NCBI RefSeq assembly: GCF_033153115.1
Contig: NW_026889782.1
Coordinates: forward strand, 29,450,001-29,514,000
Length of the DNA stretch: 64,000 bases
Direction of reading: 5' to 3'
From: Saccostrea echinata
Lineage: Eukaryota
Shown here: positions 1-13,496 of the stretch, piece after piece
Layout of the letters: every line of letters starts with the position of its first letter
Position numbering within the stretch: position 1 is the stretch's first letter
Notes under the pieces: model-generated
What the model saw: the letters and a program-made list of their open reading frames with translations, nothing else
What the model was told of the DNA's origin: nothing
Database searches by the model: none
Made by a program: the position numbers and the translations under genes

Positions 1-559
1 AATATGCCATTTTCAGGCAAAAATCAATGTAAATCTTATCTTGACTTCTTTAATATATTTTCATTTTTTTGAAAATTCTGTTAATTGAATTAACAAACTT
101 TTTTTTTTCTTTTTTTTTTTAGAAAAATATAAACTGAAACCTTTCTTTGTTAATCCTAGCATATAAAAATGTATGGCTTAAGTTCTAAGATACTAAATCT
201 AACAAATGGATAGATTTGAAAAATTATCTTCTAAATATCCTTCTGCCACAATAAAAAGTCCCCCATAAATCATGTTTCTTTATTATCTTCTGAGCGGTTA
301 TTAAATTGAAATTGTTAAAATTTGCATTTTTCAATTAAAAATGCCATAAAAACTGAATTATTATTAATGAATATGAAGTTAGAGATTCTGACAAAAGATA
401 TCACACCAGACTTCTCATATATCTGATAACATTCTTTTTTTTTTTTTTTGGAAAATTTGCTTCGTATACTAATTCACCAAAGGTAAATGATCAATGTAAT
501 TAAAAAAATGTGATGAAAACGAAAAGTGACCGATTTCAGAAATTCTCAAAACAATTCAA

Positions 560-862
560 ATTTATCTGTAAACAGGACATAAAACACGGACCCCGGATAT
601 TCCAGGGGTGGAACGGAAGCCTAGAAGGAAAAAGAATTGTACTCTAAACATGCTCTTAAGTATTGAAAACGTTGTGAGACTTATCGCCATACACGTGTGA
701 AAGCGAAATATTACTAAATATATAAGGAAAGTTGACGATGAAAAAGGGGCATCATCTTTGTCGTACACTGCAGTTGTTAGTTGGTTAGTAAAACATCCAT
801 ATAAAAAGATACATGCGGTGTGTTAGAAGACCTGGTCGTCGAAGACTACGTAGATGATATCA
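560..862 (-). mobile_element. Penelope-like element fragment (continues at 3972-4060 beyond the RTE)
   Basis: YDKDD..F-like thumb remnant and 3' motif. Rejoined flanks ATATCAATGAGGAATTCAAGCATCCTTCTAATATCAACTT match the reverse complement of the Penelope-like copy at ~41107-41146. Confidence 0.6.
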
Positions 863-874
863 ATGAGGAATTCA

Positions 875-3800
875 CTTACTTACTTACTTATCCTCTTCGT
901 CCCCTATGGGACATAAGGCTTCAACAAGCTGCCTCCATCTTCCTCTATCCTTTGCCACGTACTGTGCCTGTCCCCACTTCCTCTAGCTCTGATGTTACGG
1001 TTCTTCTCCACGTTGTTCTTGGTCTACCTCGTTTCCTCTTTACAGATGGTGTCCAATGTAGGGCTGTTTTAAGTATTCTACTCTGGGGCATTCTCCTCAC
1101 ATGTCCAAGCCACCTCAATCTTCTTTGCTTGACTTCAGTTGTTATGTTACTGCTTTTGCTTTTCTTGTGCAGGTCTCTGTTAGAGATCTTGTTCGGCCAG
1201 AAGATACGGTGGATTTTTCGGAGACAGTTGTTGTGGAATGCCTCTACTTTTCTCATGGAGCTGTCAACAACACGCCAGCATTCAGACCCATACACGAGAA
1301 CTGATTTAACATTGCTGTTATAAAGTTGGAGTTTGGTTCTCAGACTGTAGTTGTTTGACTTCCAGATGGGCTGAAGTTTGGCAAATGCTGTCCGTGTTTT
1401 ATTGAGACGTGATTTTATTGTTTTTCCAGTGCCGTTGTCCTTACTTAGGATGCTTCCAAGGTAGGTAAAGTCCTCAACTTCCTCTAGTGGCTCTCCATTT
1501 AATGTGACAGGTTCTACTGGTGCATTGATTGTCATTATTACCTTGATCTTCTTGGCATTGATGTTAAGCCCAGTTTGTTTGGCAAAGGAGTTTAATTTAT
1601 CAGTCTTTTCTTGTAAGTAGATTATGTTTCCTGATATTTCTGCCAGATCGCGGGTATGTTAAGGAAGCATACAAATCATTTCTCGGGAAATTTAGACTTT
1701 TTGAAGAAAATTAAGATTAATAATTCATCAAAGTCTCCGATAAAACATAAACTATTATTCACTATTACATAAAGACACGGAGTGTCCGAGGCCAAGTAGT
1801 GCACCACCTCGAAGTCATCACGTGACCGCTATTAATAGCAAAATATTCCTTAATGAAAAACTTCACAGAACAACACTACCCCGGGGTTAAATAATTTCTT
1901 TGAGTAAATAGCATAGTTGAAAAACATCTCTTATGCCTAAAAAGTGCTGCTAGAATCCCACTGTCCGATCGGGAAAATAATTATTCCACATATATGTACG
2001 AAACCTTACCCGATGTTTTGCATTTTATGCATATAACCCGAGATATTTCTACAAACCAGGTTTACTTCACGATTCTAGCAGCACTTTCCAAGTATTATAG
2101 AACACAAGCTTTCGATATGTACAAATCTTATGTTTTTAAGTATCCAGCTTAGTGTTGTTCTTTTGCATTATTGTTGTCACGAATGACAGAGGAAAAGCCT
2201 ACCGGAATACGTAAATAGCTGACTGTCTTCAATAGAAGATATAATCGATGAAAATAAATCAACATACCTGTTTAACATACTTTAACTTCACATGAATAAC
2301 ACACAATATACACGGTATTTGCTTCTAAACCTCCTTTTACGTATCTTTTAACATGCCGTTTTGGCCAAATTCTCGTTACACAACATGATCGATTCTCAAG
2401 TTCCTTGTTGAACAGTTATGACGTCATTGGTCGGAGATTATAATTCAAGTGACAGATACAGCAAAACAAAATAAAAACATTTTATTTTTGTTAATATTTG
2501 CAAATTTCTATTCATTTTCAGGAGTCAAATTATATCTCTAAATAGCAATATTAGGAAAACTTGTGTTCTAAACTTGACGTCATCTCGCCTACTATGACGT
2601 CATATTGTATCACTGATTTAGTCAAGTCAGATTATCTTAGTGCTTCCTTAACACACCTGCGATCGTCTGCAAAGTCCAGGTCTTCTTGGTGACTGAACAT
2701 TGTCCATTGAATACCCTTATTTTGGTCATGTGTAGTGTTTCTTTGAATCCAATCAATGACCATAAGGAAGAGAATTGGTGATAATATGCATCCTTGCCTT
2801 ACTCCAGATTTTACACTGAATGAGTCAGATATTCCCTTTTCCAGGATGACACTACATTCGAAGTTTGAGTAAAATGTTTTCATGATATTGCAGATCTTTG
2901 CTGGTATTCCATATGATCTTACTATTTTCCAGAGTGTTTCTCTGTGCACACTGTCGAACGCTTTCTTAAAATCAATAAAGTTGATGTACAGTAGTATTTG
3001 CCATTCTATACACTGTTCTATAATGTTACGAATGGTGAAAATTTGGTCTATACACCCTTTTCCTCTTCTAAAACCAGCTTGTTCCTCTCTCAGTTTCTTT
3101 TCAATCACTTTGTCTATTCTGACAGCAGTATTTCTGCGGACTGAGAGCAGTGTTATGCCTCTCCAGTTGTCACAAATTTGGAGATCTCCCTTCTTTGGAA
3201 GCTTTACAATGAGTCCTTTACTCCAGTCATGTGGTATTGTTTCATTTTCCCAGATGTGTACGAATAGGTCTAATAGCGTTTTTGATGATGTTGTTATATC
3301 TGTTTTCAGCATTTCAGCATGTATGCCGTCATTACCGGGGGATTTACCATTCTTTAATGATTTAATACAGTTTTGGACTTCTTCCAGAGTTGGTGGTTCT
3401 AAGTTTATTTCTAAATCTTCAACTGCGGGGTCTGGACTTGCTGGTTCATCGAAGTCTGGGCAATTTAGTACCTCCTGGAAATATTGTACCCAACGGTTGG
3501 CTTGTTCATGTTCTGTTGCCAGTGTGTGACCATCTTTATCTTTCACAAGAGCAGATTGGATTGTAGTGCGACCACATAGTTTTTTGTCATTTTGAAAACG
3601 GTGCTCATTTCTCCATATGAAGCAGCTCGTTCAGCTTCTTGTGCCAGACTGTCAACATACATTCGTCTATCCCTCCTAGCACTTCGCTTGACATCTTTAT
3701 CCTTTCCTTTATAGGAAGCTTGTAGTTGTTTTTGTAATCTTGCAGACTTGGTACCGATGATTTTCTGCTTTGTGTTCTTTCTTTCACCTATTTTTCCCAT

Positions 3801-3959
3801 GTACAAGGTGTTAGCCATTCTTTGTTCTTCTTGGTTCGGTAGCCTTTAGTTTTTTCGGCGGTTTCAATTTATACATTCTTGATCGTGTCCCACCTTTCTT
3901 GAATATCTTCGACAACGTCAAGACCTTCTTCAAGAACCTTTAATCTGTTCTTCAATTCC
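875..3959 (-). mobile_element. 5'-truncated RTE-clade LINE (degenerate), interrupted by a TIR element
   Basis: RT ORF pieces 3543-3818, 2632-3546 (KSPGNDGI, NWRGITLLS, EQAGFR, FIDFKKAFDSV, GVRQGCILSP, DLDFADD) and 945-1535 (FTYLGS, RRLRWLGHV.RM, RGRPRTTW). (TAAG)n 3' tail at 875-890. 12-bp TSD ATGAGGAATTCA at 863-874 and 3960-3971. Confidence 0.92.
1650..2660. mobile_element. Non-autonomous TIR DNA element, 20-bp TIR, 4-bp GATC TSD
   Basis: Left TIR GCGGGTATGTTAAGGAAGCA (1650-1669) vs reverse complement of 2641-2660 GCAGGTGTGTTAAGGAAGCA (18/20). GATC at 1646-1649 and 2661-2664; removal restores the RTE reading FADDLAEIS. Confidence 0.85.
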
Positions 3960-4269
3960 ATGAGGAATTCAAGCATCCTTCTAATATCAACTTCTGAGTA
4001 ATACAAAGTCCAAACTGTACATGATATGTAGAATACGAAACATGGACATTTGCTATGAGACCTTGGGATATATGTTACTGAATATGCTGCTAAATCATTT
4101 TAAACATATCTCTGCTGCAATATCACTGACATAAAAAAATTAATCCCAAATAGTTATGGAATTGACTTTTCAAGGGAATCGTGAATGAAAATTCTTTGAA
4201 GATTACTTAGATGTGTCTAGTATTGATTGCTTACTTACATCCAAATGAATTATAATTATAATGAAAAGG

Positions 4270-4620
4270 GTAAAAATAACGAACTGTTGTTTACTTGAAA
4301 TTCTTAAAGCAATACAAATAAATTAGCATGGGATAAAACAGGACCCAAAGATATTCAAGGGGTGGAATCGGGTACCTAGGAGGAGTAAGCATCCACTGCT
4401 AACCAGTCACATCCGCCATGGTTCCTATTTATTTTTCAGTTAGGGTGAGTATACTCTGTAGTCAAATTAAGTATATAAACGATCGCCTAACAATAGGTAT
4501 TAAACATACTAATCAAAATACGTTCCAAGAATGGGTTGAATTTGCAAACAAGGTAATTATAACGTCCATAGAAATTATTAAATGCTGACTTTAAACGAGA
4601 TTGTTGAAATCCCCTTTACC
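4270..4620 (-). mobile_element. Penelope-like 3' fragment in FREP A intron 2
   Basis: Matches the family 3' motif (ggcggatgtgactggttagcagtggatgcttactcctcctaggtacccgattccacc) and QGFQQSRLKSA-coding region; positional homolog of 24170-24465 in gene B. Confidence 0.65.
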
Positions 4621-4728
4621 GTAAAAGGTCAGTAAGTAAAATGACGTACTATTTAGTAAGAATCAGTTACTGAATACTCTCTAAGAGGCGCCTTTTTTAA
4701 TGTAAAATACGGATGATTTCGTGTGTCG

Positions 4729-4733
<5 letters not shown>

Positions 4734-4799
<66 letters not shown>
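4734..4799 (+). repeat. (GA)n microsatellite
   Basis: ~32 GA units immediately inside FREP A intron 2, next to the exon-2 donor. Confidence 0.95.
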
Positions 4800-4808
4800 T
4801 CATCTTAC

Positions 4809-5368
4809 CGTCCACCATCTGCCACAGTTCTCCATATTACACAACACGTGAATAGCAAGTGACTTGTCATTCTCAAAAGGATAAATTTGGTATACACCAG
4901 ATTGGGTATGTCCATTAACATAAATATCTCGACAGTCCATAGGAAAAGTTTTGTTGTTTTTGTCCATTGGAAGAGCTATGAAAAATTTGAATAAATTATC
5001 ATTTGTAAAGAATTGAAAGAAAGTAAATAATATAAAACTTCATCAATAATCAATGCATATTTTAAAAATAAACAATAATAACCTTCTGGAAAGTAGTGTT
5101 GCCATCCGACTTCTACTACTGTTATGCTTGCTTGTTCAAAGGGATAATGAACTTGGCACTTCTTTTCTTTCGGGTTAAACCCAAAGCAGCCACATATGAC
5201 GCCACACATAGCGGAGCAGTAGGATAATGAAGGTGCGATGTATTCTGCTAAATGTTCACTGTCTGACTTTTTGTCATCAAAAGCCACATCCACAAAATAT
5301 CTACGAGATACAGCTGTCGCCGATTGTAAAGAGACCGCCATCACGAAAAGTTTGTGGAAAATGTTCAT
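4809..5368 (-). CDS. Secreted PAN/apple-like + fibrinogen-related (FREP) protein, gene A, exons 1-2 (remaining exons presumably left of window)
   Basis: Exon1 5368-5083 (286 nt: signal peptide MNIFHKLFVMAVSLQSATA, then CSAMCGVICGCFGFNPKEKKC PAN-like Cys pattern), GT donor at 5082. Exon2 4975-4809 (167 nt: FPMDCRDIYVNGHTQSGVYQIYPF...VLCNMENCGRWWT, start of FBG domain), ag acceptor and gtaag donor. Exon sizes are identical to gene B. Confidence 0.85.
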
Positions 5369-8084
5369 TTTGCGATAAGGCATAAGTGTAAATATAAAAA
5401 AATATCCAAGACACTACTTTAGAGGATTGATATTTTAGCAGCACTGAAACAAATATAAATTACGAACTCTTGAATTATTCTGACGAAGTAGCTTTGTCAT
5501 ATTGATTGTTTTAATTTACAACTAACGAAATGTAATTAACTTTTTAAGTAGCTGGATATTGAATATTTTATTAATGCAACAGAAACTCTTATTTAAACCT
5601 ATAAATAGGCGACTTGCAACTCAAATGTCCAGATGGAAATAAGTCGGAATTAGTCAGCTAGATGTAATGAGAATGAAGACCCTAGTAAGTCTACAAATAA
5701 AACAGTTGATCATTATGAATACGGTTTGTGGTAATAAGAACATTATTTAGTGTTTATAATGTCTGACAAAAGCATATTCTTATTCTGTTTGGTTTAAATG
5801 ACTTTTTTCAACATCATACGTTAAATACAATTACGCAAATATTGTGCCTTATTTCCAACATAAACAAGTAGGAAAATTTTGGATATAAAATGAGACCGTC
5901 TACATGTTTGTTTAAATGAGAAATTCTAAATTTTTATTTAATATTCACATTTCATAATATTTGTTCAAAAGGCATACTTTTATCAAAAATTATTTCTTCC
6001 TGCATCTAATGATTTCTTTGGCAATGGGGTCTTTGCTCTTGAAGAGATTTGTAAAATATACAACATAAAAACCCCCAAAATTTTTAGCCTAACATGTGTT
6101 TGTAAACTTATTATTTTGGAAATAAATGTTTTGCAACAAAACAAAGGCAAACCAAAAGAAATGATGAAGTTTGTAACATTATTACAGGTACATTTTCTAT
6201 AAGGTCCTTTTCACGATCTAAAATGACTTCAAAAATTTCAAATTAAGTTTTTTCGCCTGAAACTCTGCATTATTCATTAGGCCAATAAACCTACGTTTCT
6301 CCTAGCTTTGTTATTTTACTAACCTTCCAACTGTCTCAAAAGGCCCTGTGTTGCATTTGAATGTCAGTAAAAAAAAAAGGCATTCCAACATCCATGTTGG
6401 GGTCATGCTTTTTTGGCCTTTTGAACGGTAAAAAAGTTTCATCACTGGGAGTAAAATATATGGTTAATTATTGGATACCATTGTTTTGGCGGAGGAATGC
6501 ATGTCAGAAAAATAATACCAAAAACGTGCGTCAAAAACAGCGGCGCCATAAATGGAATGCTTTCAATGTTTGGATCTGTAGCTCTCTGGTTTTTCTGACC
6601 GAATTTTCTCAACCAGAGAGCTACAGTTCTGCGGCTAGGTAATTGTGTTTTGTTTTACACTATATTAGAATTTTTCACTTTGGTAGAGAGATCATGCATA
6701 TTCGCTTTAGATGAAGTGTCACAGTTTTGATTTATGCGTGGCTTTTAGAACAGTTAGATCGTAGATATACGAAGAAAAAATGTTTTATGTGTGAAGGAGG
6801 GAGCTGTTCAAAGTTTTGACAATTTTTGAATAGTTTCGTTGAAGGAGGGCAAAGACTTGGCATCATGTAGCATTCAATAGAACACTGGATACTGCTGGTT
6901 TTCCTTTTCATCAATTCATTATTTCACATGCCTATTGAAATAAGATTAAAACAATATTTACGTTTTTTTTTCAGTTTACATATCTGTATTTTAATTCAAC
7001 GGGATTTTTAAGTTTTATGCACTGACTGTTCTTAAAATTAGTCAACGCATATTGCTTAAATATTTTCATCTTATACTTTAAAGGACTTTTTTTGCTACAT
7101 GTATTTGTAAATTTAGATTTTTTTTATCTCTGTCAAATTAATGTTCGTTCAATTGCAAACTGAATTTGATACCAATTCTTGGTAGTTCAATAATACTTTG
7201 ATATCACATTTCTTACACGGTCATATCATAAAAAGATAGGTAGCATAACTATAAAAACAGCACATAATTACAAATAATGTCATTGTAACACAATTATTAA
7301 AACAAAAAATAACTACCTGACGCCACGATCGTCAGGCAGGTTAAGGATAAATTTTTCCATGGTGCGAAACTAAATATAAATATTTCAAAAACATTGTTAT
7401 CTATCTGAACTCTCAGAATTTTGACTGAGAGTAAGATTATTATAAAATAATCATGCATTAAAGTACACGCTTCAATTCAGACTCCATAAAGATAATTATT
7501 CATTTCTTAATATATTATTACAACAGGTTATTATTACAATTACAGTTATTGTATTTTTTGGCTGTGTTTTGGTGTTTCTGATCTTCGGTGCAGTTAACGT
7601 TGAAACTAATTCATGTATTGTTTATGCAGCCACATCTTTCCAGCATAAATCAATTACATTAATTTATTTTCTTTATTTAATTTATTTTGATTTAAAACCA
7701 TTTAAAGAATCTTCAAAATCATGTCATATTAACTTCTTACAAATGTTATCCTTATGCATGGACTGTACATTCCACTTGTATGAGATACAAACAATACATA
7801 TGTTTACATAAATTTTGTTCACTTTCCATTCTTCTGATGAGTCGCAAACAAGTTAAACTTAAAAAAAATCATGATGTTTCGTACAAAGTCTTCAAAATGT
7901 ACGGTAAGGAAATATTTCGCCCCCCCGCCCCATGCACCCCTTAAAAATTGGACGAAAACTTTCATATCTTATCATGCTTATACGTTATATAGATATTGAT
8001 TTTTTTAGTCAGGAAAGCTTTTTGAAAAGCTTTTACTTGTTTAATTCTTAAATGAAACATTTTATTATATATTATTTAAGAATG

Positions 8085-11000
8085 ATATACTGAATGTAAA
8101 ATAAAATAAATCCAGAAGTATGATAATCGTATCTGTGTATTTTGTGTAAATTTTTCATTCGCGGGTTTCTTTCAGATATAGATAAGGAAAATAATTTTCA
8201 ACGGATTTTTTAGCAAGAGCATGTACAGGTTTATTTTTGTTGACTGAAGGAGATTTTCAATGACAAAATGAAAATTCAAATTCTTTTTGAAACGCTCTCG
8301 GTCATTTTCACATCTCTGATTTAGACAAACGCCGGTTGTTTGTAGCTTTACAGACAAAATAAAAATGAAATGTGAACAAAACGAACAGTGATAATTACCA
8401 AGTCCTTTTAAACAATATAAATTATGAGCAGAAACAGCAGGGACCTCTGCAGACACAGGTGTGATCAGGTGCCATGACGACAGTGATGAATTGAATCAAC
8501 GATTTTATTGAAATGGGAAAAAAAAACCCTGGAAAGAATGTTTAATTCACGATCTAATCAACCAAAACTTTTAGAAAGCCATTTTTCTTAAATTAAAAAA
8601 ATTAAAAGCAACCGCAGGCATCTAGTCTTTCTTTGGGAGGAAATTCAAATTCATTGATTTCTAAGTTTATTGTATGATTAATAATGTCAAATCACACCAT
8701 GCTTATGGAGAGTCCTAATTTCATTTGTTTCTCAACAAACTAAAATTTGTAGCTGGTATGTCAACAGTTCTAAGAATTCTTTTAGTGACAAATGTCAGAC
8801 AAACACACGAACGAAACATTTTTTTTGTTGTTGAAAATTTACATTACGAGCAATCAATTCTCTCGTCAATTTTAATTGCATTAGAGTCTGGCGGCAGATT
8901 TTTTTTGGTATTCTTTGTTTGGGCAGATTACATTTACAATGAGAAGTTCAATTTTTTTGGGTCATTTGAGATCACATTACAAATAAAAAAAATTATGTAG
9001 GCATTGCAACCTTAATCTACTTGAATATCAGCAAAATATGAAAGAGACATTGTTGAAATATTTTTGACAAGCCTTTACAAGCTAAACTTTTCTTTATTCT
9101 AAATATCTGGTACGTGTTTATATGTTAACCATCTCCTGTCCATCATTTATTTACACTGTGTTTGGAATTACATTTACTTAAACACAACCCAATATTCTCT
9201 GCGATTTCTTTGAATGTACTATATACTTAATTATTGTCATTTATGCTTTCTATGTTTTAAATACACGTCCGAATTTGATCACAGCAACAACCTGTTTAAA
9301 TTGATAAGCTCCATTAAGACATACTTAGATTTTGTCAGTGCTTTGCCTGCAGATGAGCACAAGGATGTGGTAAACTTTTTTTTTCACAATCACATTAAAT
9401 TTATAATGATTGATTTAAAAATCATTGAAGAAATAAAATTGTGATTTATTGTATTGATTCCTTATCAGGTTTCTTGAATTTTGCTTGGTTGCCTTTTATT
9501 TTACTCATGTTGGGATGAATGAACGCAATTTCCGACGGGAGTCTTTGAATTTAGACTTACATTGTTCTAAGAACTGAAAGCCATTTATCAATAAGGGATC
9601 TTTTCATACCGGTATTTACTACTATACAAAATCTTCTTTTACATGCTCTGAGTACGATCAATTTTTAAACCGAGGCAAGCTACTGAAGATAAGTTGATGT
9701 CACAGAGATTTCAACAACCTCGTTTAAAGTCAGCTTATCCTAAATTCCAATGTTGTTATAATGACCTAGTTAACAAATATAACCTATCAATGGGTCGTAT
9801 TTTGGCTGATTTGTTTAATACCAATTGTTGGGTCTTTATTTTTATGCTACATTTGACCACGGAATGTATCGACTACCTTGTTTTTGGTAATCGGACTTTA
9901 TATCAGATGTTTATGAGCTTATGGCACTGTTCTTTGAAACTGTTTGATATACAGTTACCACACAAACTGAAATTTAAATATTATGAAAATTAAATTGGGA
10001 TCAGTATACCAAACTGGATAGTTGTAGACTAACAATTGCAGTAAAGACAGTCTGAAATCTCCTTTGGAGGATTGTTGGATTAAATACATAATAAATTTGA
10101 TGGATAGTTATTTTTAATGATTCCAATTTTATTATTTCAATTTTATTATTCAATTTTATTATTCATTTTAGCTTTGAGGGTTGGCGAATCATATTTCTAA
10201 TTCTATACAGTCTTACTATCCGTGAATTTTCAATTTTTTTTTGCTGCAGGCAAATGCATGAACTATAATCTTAGTAACAAATAAATACTAGTAGCTGACA
10301 CCACTATAAGAATTTTTTTGCATCTTCAATGATGCTATAAAGCAGCGACTCTAGCGTTCCTTGGAACTCTGTAGTTTATTCGATAACTACTCCACTCCAG
10401 TTCAAAGAAAAGGAATAGAACTTTTGACGTAAGAATCAATTCCTTATTCTGCGAATCTAAAAAAGAGGTAAAACTTACTTTAACCATTTCGCCAAGCTGT
10501 CAACAGAATATGAAAGAGTATATTAAGTTTAATCTAAATACCTTTTTTAAAAGCATTTTTTCTGTTTATTTTTAATTACTTTGATAATTTGACCATTACC
10601 AAGTAGTACTAAAAATTGACATTGTTATTTTTTTGTTCAGTTGAATGTTCAAGTTCAAATAATTAAGTCGTACATTAATTTGTGTTCCCAACTTTAAATT
10701 GAGAATTGTCGTATTAAAATATTTGCAAGTAATGAATGCTTTGTATTTGTAGCATTTGAAAGTCAAGGTAACTGAAAAACCATTAACTACCAAGTGTTAT
10801 ATATTCAGATTCAGCACCTATTGTGCATGCAATAATTTGGGGAAAAAATGTTGAATAGCTGATGTGTGTGTTTCTTTTTTTTATATTCGAGGGTTGTCCC
10901 AGAAAAAGAACGCAAACAATTTCAATATTTATTTCTGTCTCAGTAACAGCGGTATTATTAAGTTAACTATAATAGAAATTGGTGCGCACCATAATCAACA

Positions 11001-11230
11001 TTTTTAAAACACTGTATATAGAAATTCTAATCAAATATCTTTATAGATTTCTTTTTTTTCTATCAGTTACCAGGTAAATTGATCTCAACTGATTTTCAGA
11101 TAGTAACCGAGGTGACCATCCCACATTTACTACAATCATTGAAATACCGCAGAATGAATTCCTTTGATAGATTAATTCCTTAACCACTTGCGTGATTCCA
11201 ACTTCTCGAATTTTCCATGCAGTTGATGTC
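8085..11230 (+). other. Segmental duplication block upstream of FREP A, paralogous to 28670-31550 (and in part 42005-42560)
   Basis: Collinear matches, e.g. ATACTGAATGTAAAATAAAA.AAATCCAGAA (8087/28674), GCTGGTATGTCAACAGTTCTAA (8752/29362), GGTATAGAACTTTTGAC-like (10413/29968), ATTGAAATACCGCAGAATGAATTCCTT (11138/31471). Confidence 0.85.
9630..9900 (+). mobile_element. Penelope-like RT C-terminal fragment
   Basis: ORF 9694-9993 FQQPRLKSAYPKF..CYNDLVNKYNLSMGRILADLFNTNC is homologous to ORF 41162-41461. Confidence 0.65.
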
Positions 11231-11339
11231 AAGTCGATCACCAATATGTAACAGGCTTTAAATACTGTTTCCATATGCATATGGCATTAAAATTTCATAA
11301 AGGAATGTTACTTTGATCATTCTAAAAAGCCAATTCAAA

Positions 11340-12110
11340 CAATGAAATATAGAGATAACGAACAGTAATCAAGCTCTAAAGTCTATTGAAACAATACGAA
11401 TCAGAAGCAGAGCAAATTCGGACCCCTAAAACATCAGAGTTGGAATCAGGTACCATAGAGGTGTTAGCATCCCTGTCTACCGGTCACACCCGCCCTGTGC
11501 TCCTTCTCATGAACGGGAAAAACGAAAAAAAAAAGCGTCGACAATTCAGTGTGTACATAATTGCCTAAACATTAGTACGAAAAACGTCAGTCAACATTTG
11601 ACTTAATGATAGATTGTATTTGCTGACAAGGTCATTGTATCAGGCATAGAACTTGCGAAATGATGACTTTAATCGAGCCTGTTGATATTCTTGTTTCATC
11701 AACTTGTTTGTCAATAGCTTGCCTCGTTTTAGAAATTGTTCGTATGTACAGCAATCTCTCGTTTATTCGAATCAACTGAGAGACATAAACCCCATTTGCA
11801 GGTGATAAGGGAATATTGCTACAGTAAAACACGGGTTATAGCGAACACGCGTATAATGAATTCACTCTTACAGCGAAGTGATTTTCAATCCCTGTGGTTT
11901 TAAAACGTATTGTAATCTTAACGGATATAACGAATTACGTTTATAACGAATCAAAATTGCATGTCCCTGACACTTGGCTATAAGCGTATTTTACTGTACA
12001 TAAGTAAGGGAAGTTTGCGATTGAAAAGTTAAAGTCATCATGTTACCTACGAAAACAGAGGTGAATTCATTAACCGGGAGGAGTAAGTATCTCCTGTCAA
12101 CCAGTCACAA
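11340..12110 (-). mobile_element. Penelope-like fragment containing a MITE
   Basis: SNIPLSPANGVYVSQLIR motif, family 3' motif at ~11420-11500, interrupted at 11822-11996. Confidence 0.7.
11822..11996. mobile_element. Tc1/mariner-type MITE, TA TSD
   Basis: TIR CAGTAAAACACG...TATAGC / GCTATAAGCGTATTTTACTG, with TA on both sides. Removal restores the Penelope-like sequence seen at 14191-14220. Confidence 0.75.
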
Positions 12111-13496
12111 TAAACTTACCAATTATCAAATAATATGCAAAAATTTAAAAAATAGTATGGTACTTTATAAAATATATTAAAAGTTTTCTCTGTTTTCTGG
12201 TACAACTCTTGTACATACAAATATCGATGTACACATGTATCCTATGTTCAAGCCTATGTCCGGGAAAAATAAAATTAAAGCTCTTCCGACTAGCTAAAAA
12301 CGACCCGACTCAGAACTTCTTTTTAACTTTCCAGGAAACAATTTTTTTATGCATTCCGGAAAATAAATTTTGAAAATTCAGCATTGATGTTGACATTTTC
12401 TGTAGAAAAAATTTTCCACCTAAGTACCGGCTCGGTTTTTTTCATCCTGAGTCGGGAAAGAGCAAACAAACATTATTTTAAAGTTGGCCTTATTTTAACC
12501 AGTTTGCAAATAACGAGAAAGGTGGTAATTTTTTTATCTTGATGCATTAACAAAGGAAAAGGGTTTAAAAATACACAATTCGCACCAAATAATGACAAAA
12601 TGAGACTGTGACATACAGTCAACTGAATGGTCACTGAAAGATCTGTATAGGTGACTGAATGGTAGAGCCCTGCCATTCAGTTACATGTGAGTAAAATGAA
12701 TTGAAGAGTTTTAATGTGTGAAAATGTCTTTGTATTAAGTGCATAAAATTTGCCCTCTCCCAGTAGGGTTGGATACCATTGAGGATGAAAGCGTACAATA
12801 CCATACTTTACCCTACGTCTTATTTAGATGATACTTTTTAATGACTTTTTAAGTTTAGCTTGAATTTTTAGTATCTTTTTAAAGAACAAAGTGGTTTTAT
12901 GACGTCATTTTTATGTAAAAACTGTCTTTACAATTTCTGTTTTCAATGAAACGTTTTAAGAAGAAATTTTTTTTTAGAAAATAAAAGGTAAATATAATCT
13001 AAAACAATGATGTACAACTTTGACATAAACCGCTTTTCGCCGTTGCTAAGATTCCAAAACCCCTGTTTTTGAGGTGTCAGTAATAAGACTACATTCAATC
13101 TAGTTGTTAAAACGAAAAAAATCAAAATAATTTCTTTTTTCATATAATCTCATTTCAATATATTTGTCTTTGTTTAAGCTTCGTGCCAGTGACATACCTT
13201 CAAAAATGTCTCCTGCATTGGATGAATTTACAGTTATTTCTTTTATTGCTGACCCTTTGCTTTTGAAAAGATTTACAATATATTCTCACTTATCTCACTT
13301 TAAAACAATAAATCTCTGGAGTAATCCTATCGTTAAATAAAGAGTATGAAATGACGGTCCCACTCATTATGACGTACTCCAAAGTTCTTGTTTTAGTAAT
13401 AAGATTTTAATGTCACACATATCTCAATATTTTTTTAAAAAGCCATGAATATATTGTGTATAAAAATAATTGATAATTAAAAAATAAAGTATATAT

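Noticed and set aside
820-3529. Plus-strand ORFs 820-1323, 1101-1304 and 2882-3529
   Set aside because: Antisense shadows of the RTE reverse transcriptase.
7834-7860. Hammerhead ribozyme core CTGATGAGTCGCAAA
   Set aside because: The closing GAC-GAAA of stem II does not follow; at most a decayed remnant.
6361-13143. Numerous 60-100 aa ORFs in intergenic AT-rich DNA
   Set aside because: No recognisable domains beyond the Penelope-like pieces listed; frames are not conserved in the paralogous 28.7-31.5 kb block.
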